A stretch of 64,000 nt of DNA from Nannocystis bainbridge (GTDB taxonomy: Bacteria > Myxococcota_A > Polyangia > Nannocystales > Nannocystaceae). This document shows, piece by piece, positions 34,433 to 44,818 of this stretch. Below the pieces are notes generated by a model. The model saw nothing but the letters and a program-made list of their open reading frames with translations, was not told where the DNA came from and did no database searches. The stretch covers positions 2,048,001 to 2,112,000 of the forward strand of contig NZ_JAQNDL010000003.1 of assembly GCF_028368995.1 (NCBI RefSeq), written 5' to 3'. The position numbers were made by a program, and so were the translations under genes. Numbering within the stretch: the first letter of the stretch is position 1; every line of letters starts with the position of its first letter.

Positions 34433-36325
34433 ATGGCTGGCTCCCCCGACCCCTCTCCTGACCGTTCCGCGAGCGACCTCGACGTCTTGCGCCGCAGTCA
34501 CCGCGGCAAGTTCGTCGCGCTCGCCGCCTTGCTCGCCACTGCCGGCGGGCTCGTGTGGTGGAACAGTCGCCCGGGGCCGATCGGTAACGACGAGCAGGCC
34601 GAGCGCGTCCTCGTCGTCCCCGCCGCCAACTGGCGCTACAAGCCCTATCTCGAGAAGTGGGGCTTCGTCGCCCAGGAGGGCCGGCTCAAGACCATGGTCG
34701 ACGAGCTCAAGGAGAAGCTCCCCGAGGCCACCGAGGACGGGCCGGCCGCCGTGCTCAAGCTGGCCGACTGGGCCGGCTTCGCCTTTGTCGCCTTCGAGGA
34801 GCCCGCCGCGCTCGACTTCAGCGGCCTCGACATCGAGGGCGGCGTCCCGACCTTCGCCAAGCACCACCGCTTCGCCGTGGTCAGCGCCGGCGACTACGCC
34901 TTCCCGCACAAGCTCACCGTCAACGCCGAGCCCTCGGCGTTCATGAACGGCCCCGAGCTCGACCTCCTCAGCGCCCTCTTCGCCCAGGAGCCGCTCGCCA
35001 GCACCTTGCGCGACGACCCCAAGAACGGCCCCGAGGTCATCGTCCTGCGCACCAAGGTCCAGGAGGGCATCGACGCCGTCGACGCCATCGTCGCCGCCGA
35101 GGCCACCGTCGCCAAGATCGCCGACAAGGCCCGGATCCTCCTCGTCGACAAGGAGCAGGGCCAGCCCAAGCCCACCCTGCTCGGCGGCGTCCAGGAGAGC
35201 GTCCAGCCGATCACCCTCGCCGACGGCGGCACCCTCCTCCTCTCCCGCAAGGCCAACTTCTCGAGCAGCACCGGCTTCAACGCCGACCTCCAGCTCGAGG
35301 GCACCTGGCGCTTCTTCTACGTCCCCGCCGGCGCCGACCCGGTCGCCGGCCGCGTCCCCTGCACCGGCCTGCTCGACGGCAGCCTCGAGGAGAGCGGCCG
35401 CGGCCCGCTGTTCCGCAGCTCGCCGCAGGGCGACGCCCTCCTGATCCACGAAGGCGGGCGCTCGCGCGTGTTCAAGCTCGAGAGCGGCGGCTGCAACTTC
35501 TCTGCGCTCGGCGAGATCGCCGTCCCGCTCGGGCGCGGCGAAGATCCGGGCGAGCCGCACCGCAGCGGCCGGGTCGCCCGCGTCTACGCCAACAACGGCG
35601 AGAGCGCCGTCTCGCTCGTCAAGCCGGGGGACGAGGTCGCCACCGACCTCGTGCGCACCAGCAAGGTCAACTTCTCGCAGCCCGTGTGGCTGGACGACGA
35701 GGTCCTCGCCGGCACCGGCCACGACACCTTCCCCGACAGCACCGGCGTCTACCACCCCTCCATCCTCTTCTACAGCGCCAGCCGCCCCGACCGGGCCCTG
35801 CGCATCGACGCCCAGAACTTCAACGCCGCCGACGACCTGCAGCACGTCGCCTTCGCCCCGCCCGGCCCGCAGGGCGCCCGCCTGCTCGTGCGCGCCTGGA
35901 GCTCCGAGCGCGGCGAGCAGCTGTTCCGCGTCGACGCCCCCGCCCCGGCCACCCAGATGTTCGCCGACGCCATCGCCGAGGCCGAGAAGACCCCGCTGCC
36001 GGCCGAGGTCCGCGACGGCATGGAGCCGCTCATCGTCCCGCTCGACACCCGCGGCTGGAGCTTCACGCCGATCGTCAGCGAGCTCCGCGCCCACGACCCC
36101 GTCGTCACCCCCGACGGCAACCTGGTCGCCTTCGCCAGCGACTCCGAGATCCACACCGTCCCGCTCGCCGGCGGCCCGGTGCGCACGGTGACCCGCAACG
36201 AGCTCGAGGACCACACCCCCATGTTCACCGCCGACGGCAAGACGATCGTGTTCCGCACCCGGTTCCCGATCGAGAAGACCAACTGGACCCTGACCACCGC
36301 CCGCAGCGTCCCCGCCGGCGAGTAA
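34433..36325 (+). CDS. Membrane-anchored hypothetical protein with C-terminal TolB/PD40-like repeats
   Basis: N-terminal TM, PVVTPDGNLVAFAS, PMFTADGKTIVF, strong GC3 bias. Confidence 0.7.
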   Translation: MAGSPDPSPDRSASDLDVLRRSHRGKFVALAALLATAGGLVWWNSRPGPIGNDEQAERVLVVPAANWRYKPYLEKWGFVAQEGRLKTMVDELKEKLPEATEDGPAAVLKLADWAGFAFVAFEEPAALDFSGLDIEGGVPTFAKHHRFAVVSAGDYAFPHKLTVNAEPSAFMNGPELDLLSALFAQEPLASTLRDDPKNGPEVIVLRTKVQEGIDAVDAIVAAEATVAKIADKARILLVDKEQGQPKPTLLGGVQESVQPITLADGGTLLLSRKANFSSSTGFNADLQLEGTWRFFYVPAGADPVAGRVPCTGLLDGSLEESGRGPLFRSSPQGDALLIHEGGRSRVFKLESGGCNFSALGEIAVPLGRGEDPGEPHRSGRVARVYANNGESAVSLVKPGDEVATDLVRTSKVNFSQPVWLDDEVLAGTGHDTFPDSTGVYHPSILFYSASRPDRALRIDAQNFNAADDLQHVAFAPPGPQGARLLVRAWSSERGEQLFRVDAPAPATQMFADAIAEAEKTPLPAEVRDGMEPLIVPLDTRGWSFTPIVSELRAHDPVVTPDGNLVAFASDSEIHTVPLAGGPVRTVTRNELEDHTPMFTADGKTIVFRTRFPIEKTNWTLTTARSVPAGE

Positions 36326-36360
36326 CTCTCGTCGTCACCGAAGAGCGCGACCCGTCGCCA

Positions 36361-36392
36361 AGAGCGCGAAGAGACCTGTCTCTTCGCGCTCT
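36361..36392. repeat. 15-bp-arm inverted repeat between convergent genes
   Basis: AGAGCGCGAAGAGAC-CT-GTCTCTTCGCGCTCT. Confidence 0.8.
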
Positions 36393-36617
36393 TCGCTTGC
36401 TCGCAAGACATGTCCTTCCAGCCACTTCCGCTCCGGACCTCGGTCCCGAGCCCGACCGATCGACATGACTCTTGGAACATGTCCTTTCGGCAATGTCCGA
36501 ACCTGCCCGCCGCCGCCGCCTCACCGTCTACTAGAGCGCGGGCGACGTCCTGATGCTCCGCAGCTTCGGCGAAAACACGCTGGGACCATCGACCTGTCCC
36601 TCAGGACATCTCGACCC

Positions 36618-37589
36618 TCACTCCGTCTCTCCGCGCGCCGGCGCCGAGAAGCCCTCCCCCTTTTTAAAGGCTTTGCCGGCCGCGTAGGCCTGGGCGGGCA
36701 TGCGCTTGGCGCCGGCGGCCTGGACCTCGGCGACCAGCACCACCCCGTCGCCGCAGGCCACGTGCAGGCCCGCGCGGTCGACCGCCAGCACCTCGCCGGG
36801 CGCCGCGTCGTCGGGGCGAGCCAGCGGCGACGGCCGCGGGCGGTACAGCTTGACCGGTGTCCCCTCGCGCCCGGTCACTGCCGCCGGCCACGGGTCCATC
36901 CCCCGGATGTGATTCAGGACATGTCCTGAAGACCATGTCCAATCGACCACCCCTTCTTCTTTGCGCAAGATCGGCGCCAGCGTCACCAGCGTCGGGTCTT
37001 GCGGCGTCGGCGGCGGCACCTCCGGGAACTCGCCGAGGAACGCCGCCAGCAGATCGCCGCCGAGCGTCGCCAGGCGGAGGAACAGCTCGCCGCTCGTCTC
37101 CTCCGGCCCGATCGGCGTCTGCACCGCGCGGAACACCGGCCCCGTGTCGAGCCCCTCCTCCATCCTCATGATCGCCACCCCCGTCTCGCGGTCGCCTGCC
37201 AGCACCGCGCGCTGGATCGGCGCCGCCCCGCGCCAGCGCGGCAGCAGCGACGCGTGGACGTTGATGCAGCCGTGGCGCGGCACCTCGAGGATCGCGCGCG
37301 GCAAGATCCGCCCGTACGCCGTCACCACGATCACGTCGGGCTCCAGCGCTTGCAGCTGCGCCGCCAGCGTCCCGTCGCGCACCTTCACTGGTTGGCTGAC
37401 CGGCACCCCGAGGCGGAGCGCCGCCTCCTTGACCGCCGGCGGCATCAGCTTGCGACCGCGCCCCGCCGGCTTGTCCGGCTGCGTCACTGCCAGCACCAGC
37501 TCGCACGTGCGAGCGACCGCCTCCAGGCTCGACACCGCAAAGTCGGGCGAACCCATGAACACCGCACGAAGCCGCGAAGATCCGCTCAC
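36618..37589 (-). CDS. fmt: Methionyl-tRNA formyltransferase
   Basis: FMGSPDFA, TQPDKPAGRG, NVHASLLPRWRGAAPI. Confidence 0.97.
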   Translation of the reverse strand: MSGSSRLRAVFMGSPDFAVSSLEAVARTCELVLAVTQPDKPAGRGRKLMPPAVKEAALRLGVPVSQPVKVRDGTLAAQLQALEPDVIVVTAYGRILPRAILEVPRHGCINVHASLLPRWRGAAPIQRAVLAGDRETGVAIMRMEEGLDTGPVFRAVQTPIGPEETSGELFLRLATLGGDLLAAFLGEFPEVPPPTPQDPTLVTLAPILRKEEGVVDWTWSSGHVLNHIRGMDPWPAAVTGREGTPVKLYRPRPSPLARPDDAAPGEVLAVDRAGLHVACGDGVVLVAEVQAAGAKRMPAQAYAAGKAFKKGEGFSAPARGETE

Positions 37590-40500
37590 GTCGCCCCGAT
37601 CTGCGCCAGATAGGCGCTGTGCAGCGCGTCGTCGGAGAGCACGTCGCGCGCCTCGTCGAGGGCCGCCATCAGCTCCTCGATCTCCTCTGCCAGCTCGACC
37701 CGACTGTCGGGCTCGAGGCTCTCGCAGAACGTCGTCGTAAGGTCCGCGTGGGCCCGCAGCACCTCGGCCCGCGACGCCTCCCGCGGCAGCCCGAGCAGCG
37801 CGAAGTAGTCGCTCTCGCGCGCCAGTCGCAGGCGCTCGCGCACCCGCTGGCGGTCGAGCGCCGTCAAGCTCGCCGCCGGATCGTCGATCTCGGGCGCCAG
37901 GTGACCCAGCAGCTCGAGCACGTGCACGATCCCCCGGATCGTCGCCTCGTCGGCCACCGCGGCCGCGACCAACTCCGCCACCCGCGTCTGGCCGTCGAAC
38001 CGCTCCGTCACCGCCACCACCGCTGGCCAGCGCAGCTCCGCCGCCAGCGCCTCCGGCCCCGCGAACGCCAGCCGTGGCCGTCGATCATCATTCACCGCCA
38101 CGCGCAGCTGCGACAGCGTCGCCCCGCGCTGGACCCCGCCGGCGATCATCGCCGCCAGCGGCACCCCCAGCTCGACCGCCACCGCCGGCGTCTCGCCCGG
38201 ATCGAGGCCCCAGGCCACGCTGCCGCTCTCGGCGATCCGCTCGACGATCCGCCGCACCGGCTCCCGCAGCGCCTCCCGCATCTCCTGCGGTTTAATCAAT
38301 GCCGACTGCGCGAGTCGTTCGACGTCACGCCGCGGATCGCCGGTGCCCCAGCGCGCCGCCAGCTCCACGTGTGCCGGGCTGAGCAGCCCGCGCGCGGCCA
38401 GGCGGCCCAGCACCGACTCGCTGCTCGCATCGCTCGCGCCGCCGATGACCTGTCCCTCCGACCACCACAGCCGCCGCGCCGGCGCCCCGCTCGCTACCAC
38501 CCGCAGACAGCCCGTGAACCGCTCGCGCCGCAGCTCGGCCAGCAGCGCCGGAGCCTCCGTCTCACCGCGGCTCTCGGCCCCCGCCAGCGGCGACTCGGTC
38601 TCGGCATCCTCCGCCGCCGCGGGCCGAGCCTGCCGGACGACCTCGGCGATCGGCGAACGAGCGCGCTCCTGGCCACCTGACCCAAGAGACAGACCGGTTA
38701 CCCCGCGCCTCGCCGCCCGCGCGCGTTCATCGCTCCCGCGGACCTCGTGAACCGGCGCGCGATCACGTTCAGACTCGTCGGGAATGTCCCTTCGGGCATG
38801 TCGCTGAGGCCATGTCTCTCGAGACATCTCCGAGCCGACCTCGCCGCGCGGCGACGGACGCCGCGCCCAGTGGCGGGACGGCAACACGATCGTGGCTTCC
38901 TCGGCACCACGAGGGTCCTCACCGGCATCCGCGCTCGGTTCGTCCCTGTCAGCCCGCGTCACGACCGATCTGCGCGACGGGTCCCGCTCCTCGCGCGATT
39001 CCTCGTCCCCGAAGCGCCCCGCACCGCGCGCCTCGTCCCGGTCGCCTCGCGACGCGCCCGGCTCCCTACCGCCGCGCTCCGCGACCCTCCCGCCACCCGT
39101 GATTCGCGCCCGGGGCTCCACCCGGAACCTGCCCTCGCGGGCTTCGTCTCCGGACCGCCCCGACTCGCCGCCCTCACCGTCGGCCGCGAGCTCCGCAGCT
39201 TCGCCGGCATTCGCCTCCGACGACACATCGCCCGTCTCGAAGCGCTGGCTCCGCCCGGGACCTGTCCCTCGAGACAGGCGAACGTCCATCACCGCGAACC
39301 TGCCGCGCCGGCCCTCGAGCTCCGCGGCCTGACTCGCTCGCGTCGCGCCCGACGGCCCGGCGTCCTCCACCGCGAACCGTCCCCGATCCAGACCTGGGGC
39401 GAGCTTCGGCCGCGGCGGGGCCTTTTGCGGCTCCGCATCGACCTCGACCACGAACCGCCCGCGTCGCCTTTCGCTCGCGACCTCACCGCCGGAGCCCTCT
39501 CGCAACGAGCTCGCACCCTCGTGCCGCGGCCGCGCGCGGGGCAGTTCGGTCGTCCCCTCGCCCTCGATCGGGCCTGGCTCCGCGCCGACCCCGACGCCCG
39601 GCCGTTGGCTGCGATCCTCCTTCGGATCTTTCCCCGCGAGCTCGAAGGTCCGCGCCGTCGGCCGCTCACGCTTCAGCTCCACGGTCCGCTCGCGCCTCGG
39701 CTCGACTGTCGGCTCGCCGCGGACCGGAACTGTCCCTTCGGCCAGCCCATCCGCGCGCACCCGCGGCGCCCCGCGATTCGGACCTGCCTCTTCGGCCAGA
39801 TCCTTTGCGCCCCGCAGCCCCACGATCCGGCCTGTCTCTTCGGCCAGCTCGTCCTTCTGCCCCGGCCCCGATCGCGACCGCGCGCGCGGCTCGTCTCCCG
39901 CCGCAACCTGTCGTTTCGGCCATGTCCCTCGGGACAGCTCATTCCCCGCCCCCGCGCGCGGACCCGTCCGCCCCTCGTCCCCGCGGCTCGCCCGGTCCTT
40001 GCGAACGTCCTCACGGGCCGCGGTCGCCACGGACGCCGTATGGTCGCTGTGGGCCTCTGCGGGCCCCTGCGGGCCCGGCTCCGGCGAGATCTCCCCGTCG
40101 CGCGAAAACGTGAGCTCGCTTCGGGTCCCCCGACGACCGATCCGCGATTCGCCAGTCGAGGGCAACCGCTGGGTCGGCTCGCGCAGCAGCTCGAGCTCGC
40201 CGCTGTCGTGCTCCGGATCGACGTCGGGAACGGCGTCCAGGCCCATCGCCTCGAGGTCGATCCCGTCGCGGTGACCATCGACCGACTCTTCGCGGGTCTC
40301 GAGTCGCGCGGCCAGCACCTCGAGCGTGTGATGCAGGCGGCTGAGGACTGGGTCCGCGCGAACGGGGCGCGGAGCGGGTGAGGCCTCGCGAACCTCCGTG
40401 CGCACCGTCCCCGCTGGCGGACCCGCGAGCTCGACCAGCGCAGCCTTGAGCTCGGCCTCGTCGACGGGCGCTTCGAGGAAGCGGTCCGCTCCGAGCTCGA

Positions 40501-40777
40501 GCACGGCGGCCAGATCGGGCGTCTCGCCTTGCAGGCGCCCGTAGAGCAGCACCGGGATGCCCATCGTCTCCGGTCGCTGTCGCAGCGCCTGTACCAGACC
40601 GCTCGCATCCGTCGTGCCGAGGCAGACGATGACCGCCGCGGGGCCCGGGTTTTGCGCCGCACGCGGCACCAGCTCGCGCTCGCGAACCGGCACCACCGTG
40701 TAGCCCAGGTCCTGCACGCGAGGGACCAGCTCGCCCCGGTGGGCACGGTCACCCGTCATGAGGATCTCCGGACCCAC
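37586..40777 (-). CDS. Receiver-like N-terminus, long disordered linker, DUF4388-like and J-domain-like C-terminus
   Basis: IPVLLYG..LGADRFLEAP (receiver-like), RERFTGCLRV..RRLWW.EG (DUF4388-like), DYFALLGL...EARDVLSD (J-like). Confidence 0.7.
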   Translation of the reverse strand: MGPEILMTGDRAHRGELVPRVQDLGYTVVPVRERELVPRAAQNPGPAAVIVCLGTTDASGLVQALRQRPETMGIPVLLYGRLQGETPDLAAVLELGADRFLEAPVDEAELKAALVELAGPPAGTVRTEVREASPAPRPVRADPVLSRLHHTLEVLAARLETREESVDGHRDGIDLEAMGLDAVPDVDPEHDSGELELLREPTQRLPSTGESRIGRRGTRSELTFSRDGEISPEPGPQGPAEAHSDHTASVATAAREDVRKDRASRGDEGRTGPRAGAGNELSRGTWPKRQVAAGDEPRARSRSGPGQKDELAEETGRIVGLRGAKDLAEEAGPNRGAPRVRADGLAEGTVPVRGEPTVEPRRERTVELKRERPTARTFELAGKDPKEDRSQRPGVGVGAEPGPIEGEGTTELPRARPRHEGASSLREGSGGEVASERRRGRFVVEVDAEPQKAPPRPKLAPGLDRGRFAVEDAGPSGATRASQAAELEGRRGRFAVMDVRLSRGTGPGRSQRFETGDVSSEANAGEAAELAADGEGGESGRSGDEAREGRFRVEPRARITGGGRVAERGGREPGASRGDRDEARGAGRFGDEESREERDPSRRSVVTRADRDEPSADAGEDPRGAEEATIVLPSRHWARRPSPRGEVGSEMSRETWPQRHARRDIPDESERDRAPVHEVRGSDERARAARRGVTGLSLGSGGQERARSPIAEVVRQARPAAAEDAETESPLAGAESRGETEAPALLAELRRERFTGCLRVVASGAPARRLWWSEGQVIGGASDASSESVLGRLAARGLLSPAHVELAARWGTGDPRRDVERLAQSALIKPQEMREALREPVRRIVERIAESGSVAWGLDPGETPAVAVELGVPLAAMIAGGVQRGATLSQLRVAVNDDRRPRLAFAGPEALAAELRWPAVVAVTERFDGQTRVAELVAAAVADEATIRGIVHVLELLGHLAPEIDDPAASLTALDRQRVRERLRLARESDYFALLGLPREASRAEVLRAHADLTTTFCESLEPDSRVELAEEIEELMAALDEARDVLSDDALHSAYLAQIGAT

Positions 40778-40937
40778 GGCGACGGGAGTGTACTCCAGTC
40801 CTTATGCGCGGCGACGCACCCTCGCAGCTGGCGGTCCGGGGCGGCCTTTTCTTCCAGGATGCGTGAAGCGGCGCGCCCAGCGAGCGTCTGCCCGCTGTCA
40901 CCTTCCCGCAACCGCTCAAATCAGCCAGGATCTCCCC

Positions 40938-41408
40938 ATGCAACTCAAGTCCGCTCGCACGTCTCTGCGCCCGCTGAAATTCGTGGCCGCCGCGCTGTTG
41001 GCCGTGGTCATGTCCGCCTCGGCGACCGCCTACGCCTTCTTCTCCGCCAGCGATTCACCGGTCGGGAACTGGAAGACGATCGACGACGAGACCGGCGAGA
41101 CGAAGTCCGTCGTCAAGATCTACGAGGTCGACGGCAAGATCTACGGCCGCATCGATCGCCTCCTCCTCAAGCCCGGCGCGCTGTGCGATGCGTGCGAAGG
41201 CGACGATCACAACAAGCCCATCGAGGGCATGGTGATCATGTGGGGCATGGGCGCCGACGATGGTGAGTGGAGCGGCGGCAAGATCTTCGACCCCCAGAAG
41301 AACAAGACCTACCGCTGCAAGATCTGGCTCGAGGATGGCGGCCGCAAGCTCAAGGTCCGCGGCTACCTCGGCCCGTTCTTCCGCACCCAGACCTGGATCC
41401 GTCAGTAG
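40938..41408 (+). CDS. DUF2147 exported protein
   Basis: Signal peptide, SPVGNWKTIDDETG, WSGGKIFDP, LKVRGY...RTQTW. Confidence 0.88.
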   Translation: MQLKSARTSLRPLKFVAAALLAVVMSASATAYAFFSASDSPVGNWKTIDDETGETKSVVKIYEVDGKIYGRIDRLLLKPGALCDACEGDDHNKPIEGMVIMWGMGADDGEWSGGKIFDPQKNKTYRCKIWLEDGGRKLKVRGYLGPFFRTQTWIRQ

Positions 41409-41505
41409 AACCCTCTTGGGGTCCGCACTGCCGGTCGCCCCTCGCGCCTGAGGCCGCCATACGCGGCCTTTGTCGCGACGGGCCGCGGCCCCTACCATGA
41501 TCATC

Positions 41506-42195
41506 ATGGAACACGGCCGAGCGATCAGCTTCACCCGCCCCGACGGACAGGACGCCCCCGGCGTGCTGTTCTCCGCCGCCGACGGCGCCCCTGGCGTCGT
41601 CCTCATTCAAGAGTGGTGGGGCATCAACGACCAGATCCGCGGCGTCGGTCAGCGCCTCGCCGACGCCGGCTACCGCGTCCTGATCCCCGACCTCTACCGC
41701 GGCCGCGCCACCGCCGTCGCCGACGAGGCCAAGCACCTCATGACCGGCCTCGACTTCGGCCAGGCCCTCTCCGACATCGCCGGCGCCCTCGCCTATCTCA
41801 AGGGACAGGACGCTTCGGCCCGGGTCGGCATCATCGGCTTCTGCCTCGGCGGCGCCCTCGCCCTCGCCTCGCTCTGCAACGTCCACGGCTTCGACGCCGG
41901 CGTCTGCTACTACGGCATCCCCGGCGCCGGCGCCGACGCCAGCAACCTGCTCGCCCCGCTTCAGGCCCACTTCGCCGAGTTCGACGACTGGTGCACCCCC
42001 GACGCCGTCCGCGCCCTCGAGGACAAGCTGCGCGCCGGCACCACCGAGTACGAGCTCTACCGCTACAGCGCCCAGCACGCCTTCTTCAACGACGCTCGCC
42101 CCGAGGTCTACGACCCGGTCGCCGCCGCCGAGTCGTGGCGCCGCTCGCTCGACTTCTTCCACCGCCACCTCGGCGGCCCCGACCGCGCCGCCTGA
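41506..42195 (+). CDS. Dienelactone hydrolase family protein
   Basis: QEWWG, PDLY, GFCLGG nucleophile motif, HAFFN. Confidence 0.93.
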   Translation: MEHGRAISFTRPDGQDAPGVLFSAADGAPGVVLIQEWWGINDQIRGVGQRLADAGYRVLIPDLYRGRATAVADEAKHLMTGLDFGQALSDIAGALAYLKGQDASARVGIIGFCLGGALALASLCNVHGFDAGVCYYGIPGAGADASNLLAPLQAHFAEFDDWCTPDAVRALEDKLRAGTTEYELYRYSAQHAFFNDARPEVYDPVAAAESWRRSLDFFHRHLGGPDRAA

Positions 42196-42226
42196 GCCGG
42201 CGCATCACCCCTGAAGCGGCGACCCC

Positions 42227-42256
42227 GGAGCCTGTCTCTTTGGACAGGCTCCTTTT
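42227..42256 (+). terminator. Intrinsic terminator whose core is an exact TGTC-N6-GACA site
   Basis: GGAGCCTGTC-TCTTTG-GACAGGCTCC-TTTT. Confidence 0.75.
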
Positions 42257-42262
42257 CATCGT

Positions 42263-44818
42263 TCACAGCAGCGACTGCGGATCGACATCCACGTTCGCCA
42301 TCGTCTTGAATTCCCCGCTGCCTGCGTCGCCGAGCCGCGGTCGCAGCTGCCGCAGCAACCACCGCAGCGGCGGTCGGCTGCTCGCGCGGACCAGCATCTG
42401 CCAGCGCACCCGCCGGTTCACTCGCTCGATCAGCGACGCCTTCGGCCCGAGCAGCTGCAGGGGTGGCAGCGCCTCGGCGGCCCCGGGCTCCTCCGCGTGC
42501 TTGCGCCGCACCTCTTCCGCCGCCGCGCGAATCACCACCGCCAGCTCCTCCGCGCGCCGCTGCACCGCCACCTGATCCGGCCCGGAGATCCGCACCAGCG
42601 CCAGGTGGCCGAACGGCGGGTTGTGGAGCTCGCGCCGCTTGTCGAGCTCCCACGCCGCGAACGCCTCGAAGTCGTGCTGCGCCGCGAACGCGATCGCCGG
42701 GTTGTTGATCCCGTACGCCTGGATCAGCACTCGACCCGACCTGTCCCCGCGGCCAGCTCGGCCTGCCACCTGCGTCAACAGCTGGAACGTTCGCTCCGAC
42801 GCGCGGATGTCCGGCAACCCGAGCCCGTGATCGCCCTGGAGGATCCCCACCAGCGTCACCCCGGGGAAGTCGTGCCCCTTCGAGAGCATCTGCGTCCCCA
42901 CCAGGATGTCCGCCTCGCGGCGACGAAACGCCGACAGCGTCTCGAGCAGGCCCTTGCCCCGACTCGTGTCGCGATCGAGCCGCAGCACCCGCGCCCCCGG
43001 CACGTCCTTCGCCAGCGCCAGCTCGATGCGCTCCGTCCCCGCGTTGCCGTGCAGCAGCTCGCCCTCGCCACAATCCATGCAGCGCTCCGGCGGCGCCTCG
43101 ATGTACCCGCACCAGTGACACATCAAGCGATTGCGCCCGAGGTGATACGTCATCGCCGGCGCGCTGCAGTCGGGGCAGTGATGCAGCGCCCCGCAGCGGT
43201 CGCAGATCAGCGTGGTCGCGAAGCCGCGGCGGTTGAGGAACACGATCGCCTGCTCGCCCGCCGCCACCGTCTCCACCAGCGCCGTGCGCATGCGGCCCGT
43301 CAGCAGCGTCTCCGGGTCGGGACGGTGCACCGCCAGCGACAGCAGCTCCACCTCCGGCAGCGGTCGCGTCGTCGGCCGCGTCGTCATCCGCAGCCACCGG
43401 ATCTTGCCTGCCCGCGCCGACTCGTACGTCTCGAGCGCCGGCGTCGCGCTGCCCAACACGGCCACCGCCGACGCGTCGCGCGCCCGCACCAGCGCCACGT
43501 CGCGCGCGCTGTAGCGGACCCCTTCCTCTTGCTTGAACGACCCGTCGTGCTCCTCGTCGACCACGATCACCCGCAGGTCGGGCACCGGCGCGAACACGGC
43601 CGAGCGGGCCCCGATCACGATCGGCCGCGCGCCCATGCGGATCTGCTGCCACGCGTCCAGGCGCTGACGCGGCGTCAGCCCGCTGTGCAGCACCGCCACC
43701 GTCTCGCCGAAGCGCGCCCGGAACCGGTCCGAGAGCTGCGGCGTCAGGGCGATCTCCGGCACCAGCACGATCGCCCCGCCTCCGCGCGCCCGCGCGTCCG
43801 CGATCAGCTGCAAGTACACCTCCGTCTTGCCGCTGCCAGTCACCCCGTGCAGCAGCGACGCCGCGAACTTGCCCCCCTCGAGGTCCGCGCGCAACGTCGC
43901 CAGCGCCGCCGCCTGGTCGGCCGTCGGCGTCTGCGGCAGCGTCGGCTCGATCGTCCCCGCCGCGAACGGATCCAGCGCCCGCAGCCGCTCCTCGACCGCC
44001 ACCAGCCCCGCCGCGAGCAGCGGCTCCAGCAGCTTCTTGTGGCCCGGGAACGGCCCGCGCAGCTCCCCCGCCGCCACCCACGAACCTGCCCCTTCGAGCA
44101 GGTCGAGCAGCGCCCGTCGCTGCTTGCTGCGACCGATGTGCTCGCGCAGCGTCTCCTCCGCGGTGGCCGCTCCCCGCAAGTAATCCGTGCGGCGGTAGTG
44201 CGCCTCGACGCGCGCCCCCTCGCCGCCGGCGTCCTCCCAGGAGATCGTGCACAGCTCTTTGACCGCGAGGTCGCCGATGAGGCGCAGCACCCCGGGGATC
44301 CGCGGCCGCAGGTCGATGAGCCGCTCGACCGCGAGCTCGCCCCCCGGCGCCGACGCCAGCGCTGCCAGCACCCGCTGCTCCGCCGCCGTCGGCAGCCCCG
44401 TGTCGTCGATCGGCTGCAGCACCACCTCACGCGCGGCCGCCAGCGCCTGCGCACCTGCCTCCGACAACATGACCCTTCGGACGTCATGCCCCGTCAGCAG
44501 ACCCGGCAGCGCCAGGCGATAGACCTCGCCCACCGGCGCCACATAGTAGTCGGCCACCCACTCGCAGAGGCGCGCCAGCTCGAGCGTCAACGACGGCGCG
44601 CCCGGCGGATCGAGCACCTCCTCGAGCAACTTGATGCGCGCCCCGTCCAGCCGCTCCGGCGCCGCCGCGCGCACCACTCCGACCAGCCCGCGGTTGGCGA
44701 ACGGCACCAATACGCGCGCCCCCGGCTCCGGCGCGCTCGGCCACGACGTCGGCACCGCGTACGTGAACCCGCGGTCGAGCGCCACCGGCAGGGCCACCGA
44801 GACCAGCCGCTCGCTCAC
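42263..44818 (-). CDS. priA: Primosomal protein N'
   Basis: GVTGSGKTEVY, VPEIALTPQ, DEEH, CxxC zinc motifs, QVAGRAGR, VDVDP. Confidence 0.96.
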   Translation of the reverse strand: MSERLVSVALPVALDRGFTYAVPTSWPSAPEPGARVLVPFANRGLVGVVRAAAPERLDGARIKLLEEVLDPPGAPSLTLELARLCEWVADYYVAPVGEVYRLALPGLLTGHDVRRVMLSEAGAQALAAAREVVLQPIDDTGLPTAAEQRVLAALASAPGGELAVERLIDLRPRIPGVLRLIGDLAVKELCTISWEDAGGEGARVEAHYRRTDYLRGAATAEETLREHIGRSKQRRALLDLLEGAGSWVAAGELRGPFPGHKKLLEPLLAAGLVAVEERLRALDPFAAGTIEPTLPQTPTADQAAALATLRADLEGGKFAASLLHGVTGSGKTEVYLQLIADARARGGGAIVLVPEIALTPQLSDRFRARFGETVAVLHSGLTPRQRLDAWQQIRMGARPIVIGARSAVFAPVPDLRVIVVDEEHDGSFKQEEGVRYSARDVALVRARDASAVAVLGSATPALETYESARAGKIRWLRMTTRPTTRPLPEVELLSLAVHRPDPETLLTGRMRTALVETVAAGEQAIVFLNRRGFATTLICDRCGALHHCPDCSAPAMTYHLGRNRLMCHWCGYIEAPPERCMDCGEGELLHGNAGTERIELALAKDVPGARVLRLDRDTSRGKGLLETLSAFRRREADILVGTQMLSKGHDFPGVTLVGILQGDHGLGLPDIRASERTFQLLTQVAGRAGRGDRSGRVLIQAYGINNPAIAFAAQHDFEAFAAWELDKRRELHNPPFGHLALVRISGPDQVAVQRRAEELAVVIRAAAEEVRRKHAEEPGAAEALPPLQLLGPKASLIERVNRRVRWQMLVRASSRPPLRWLLRQLRPRLGDAGSGEFKTMANVDVDPQSLL

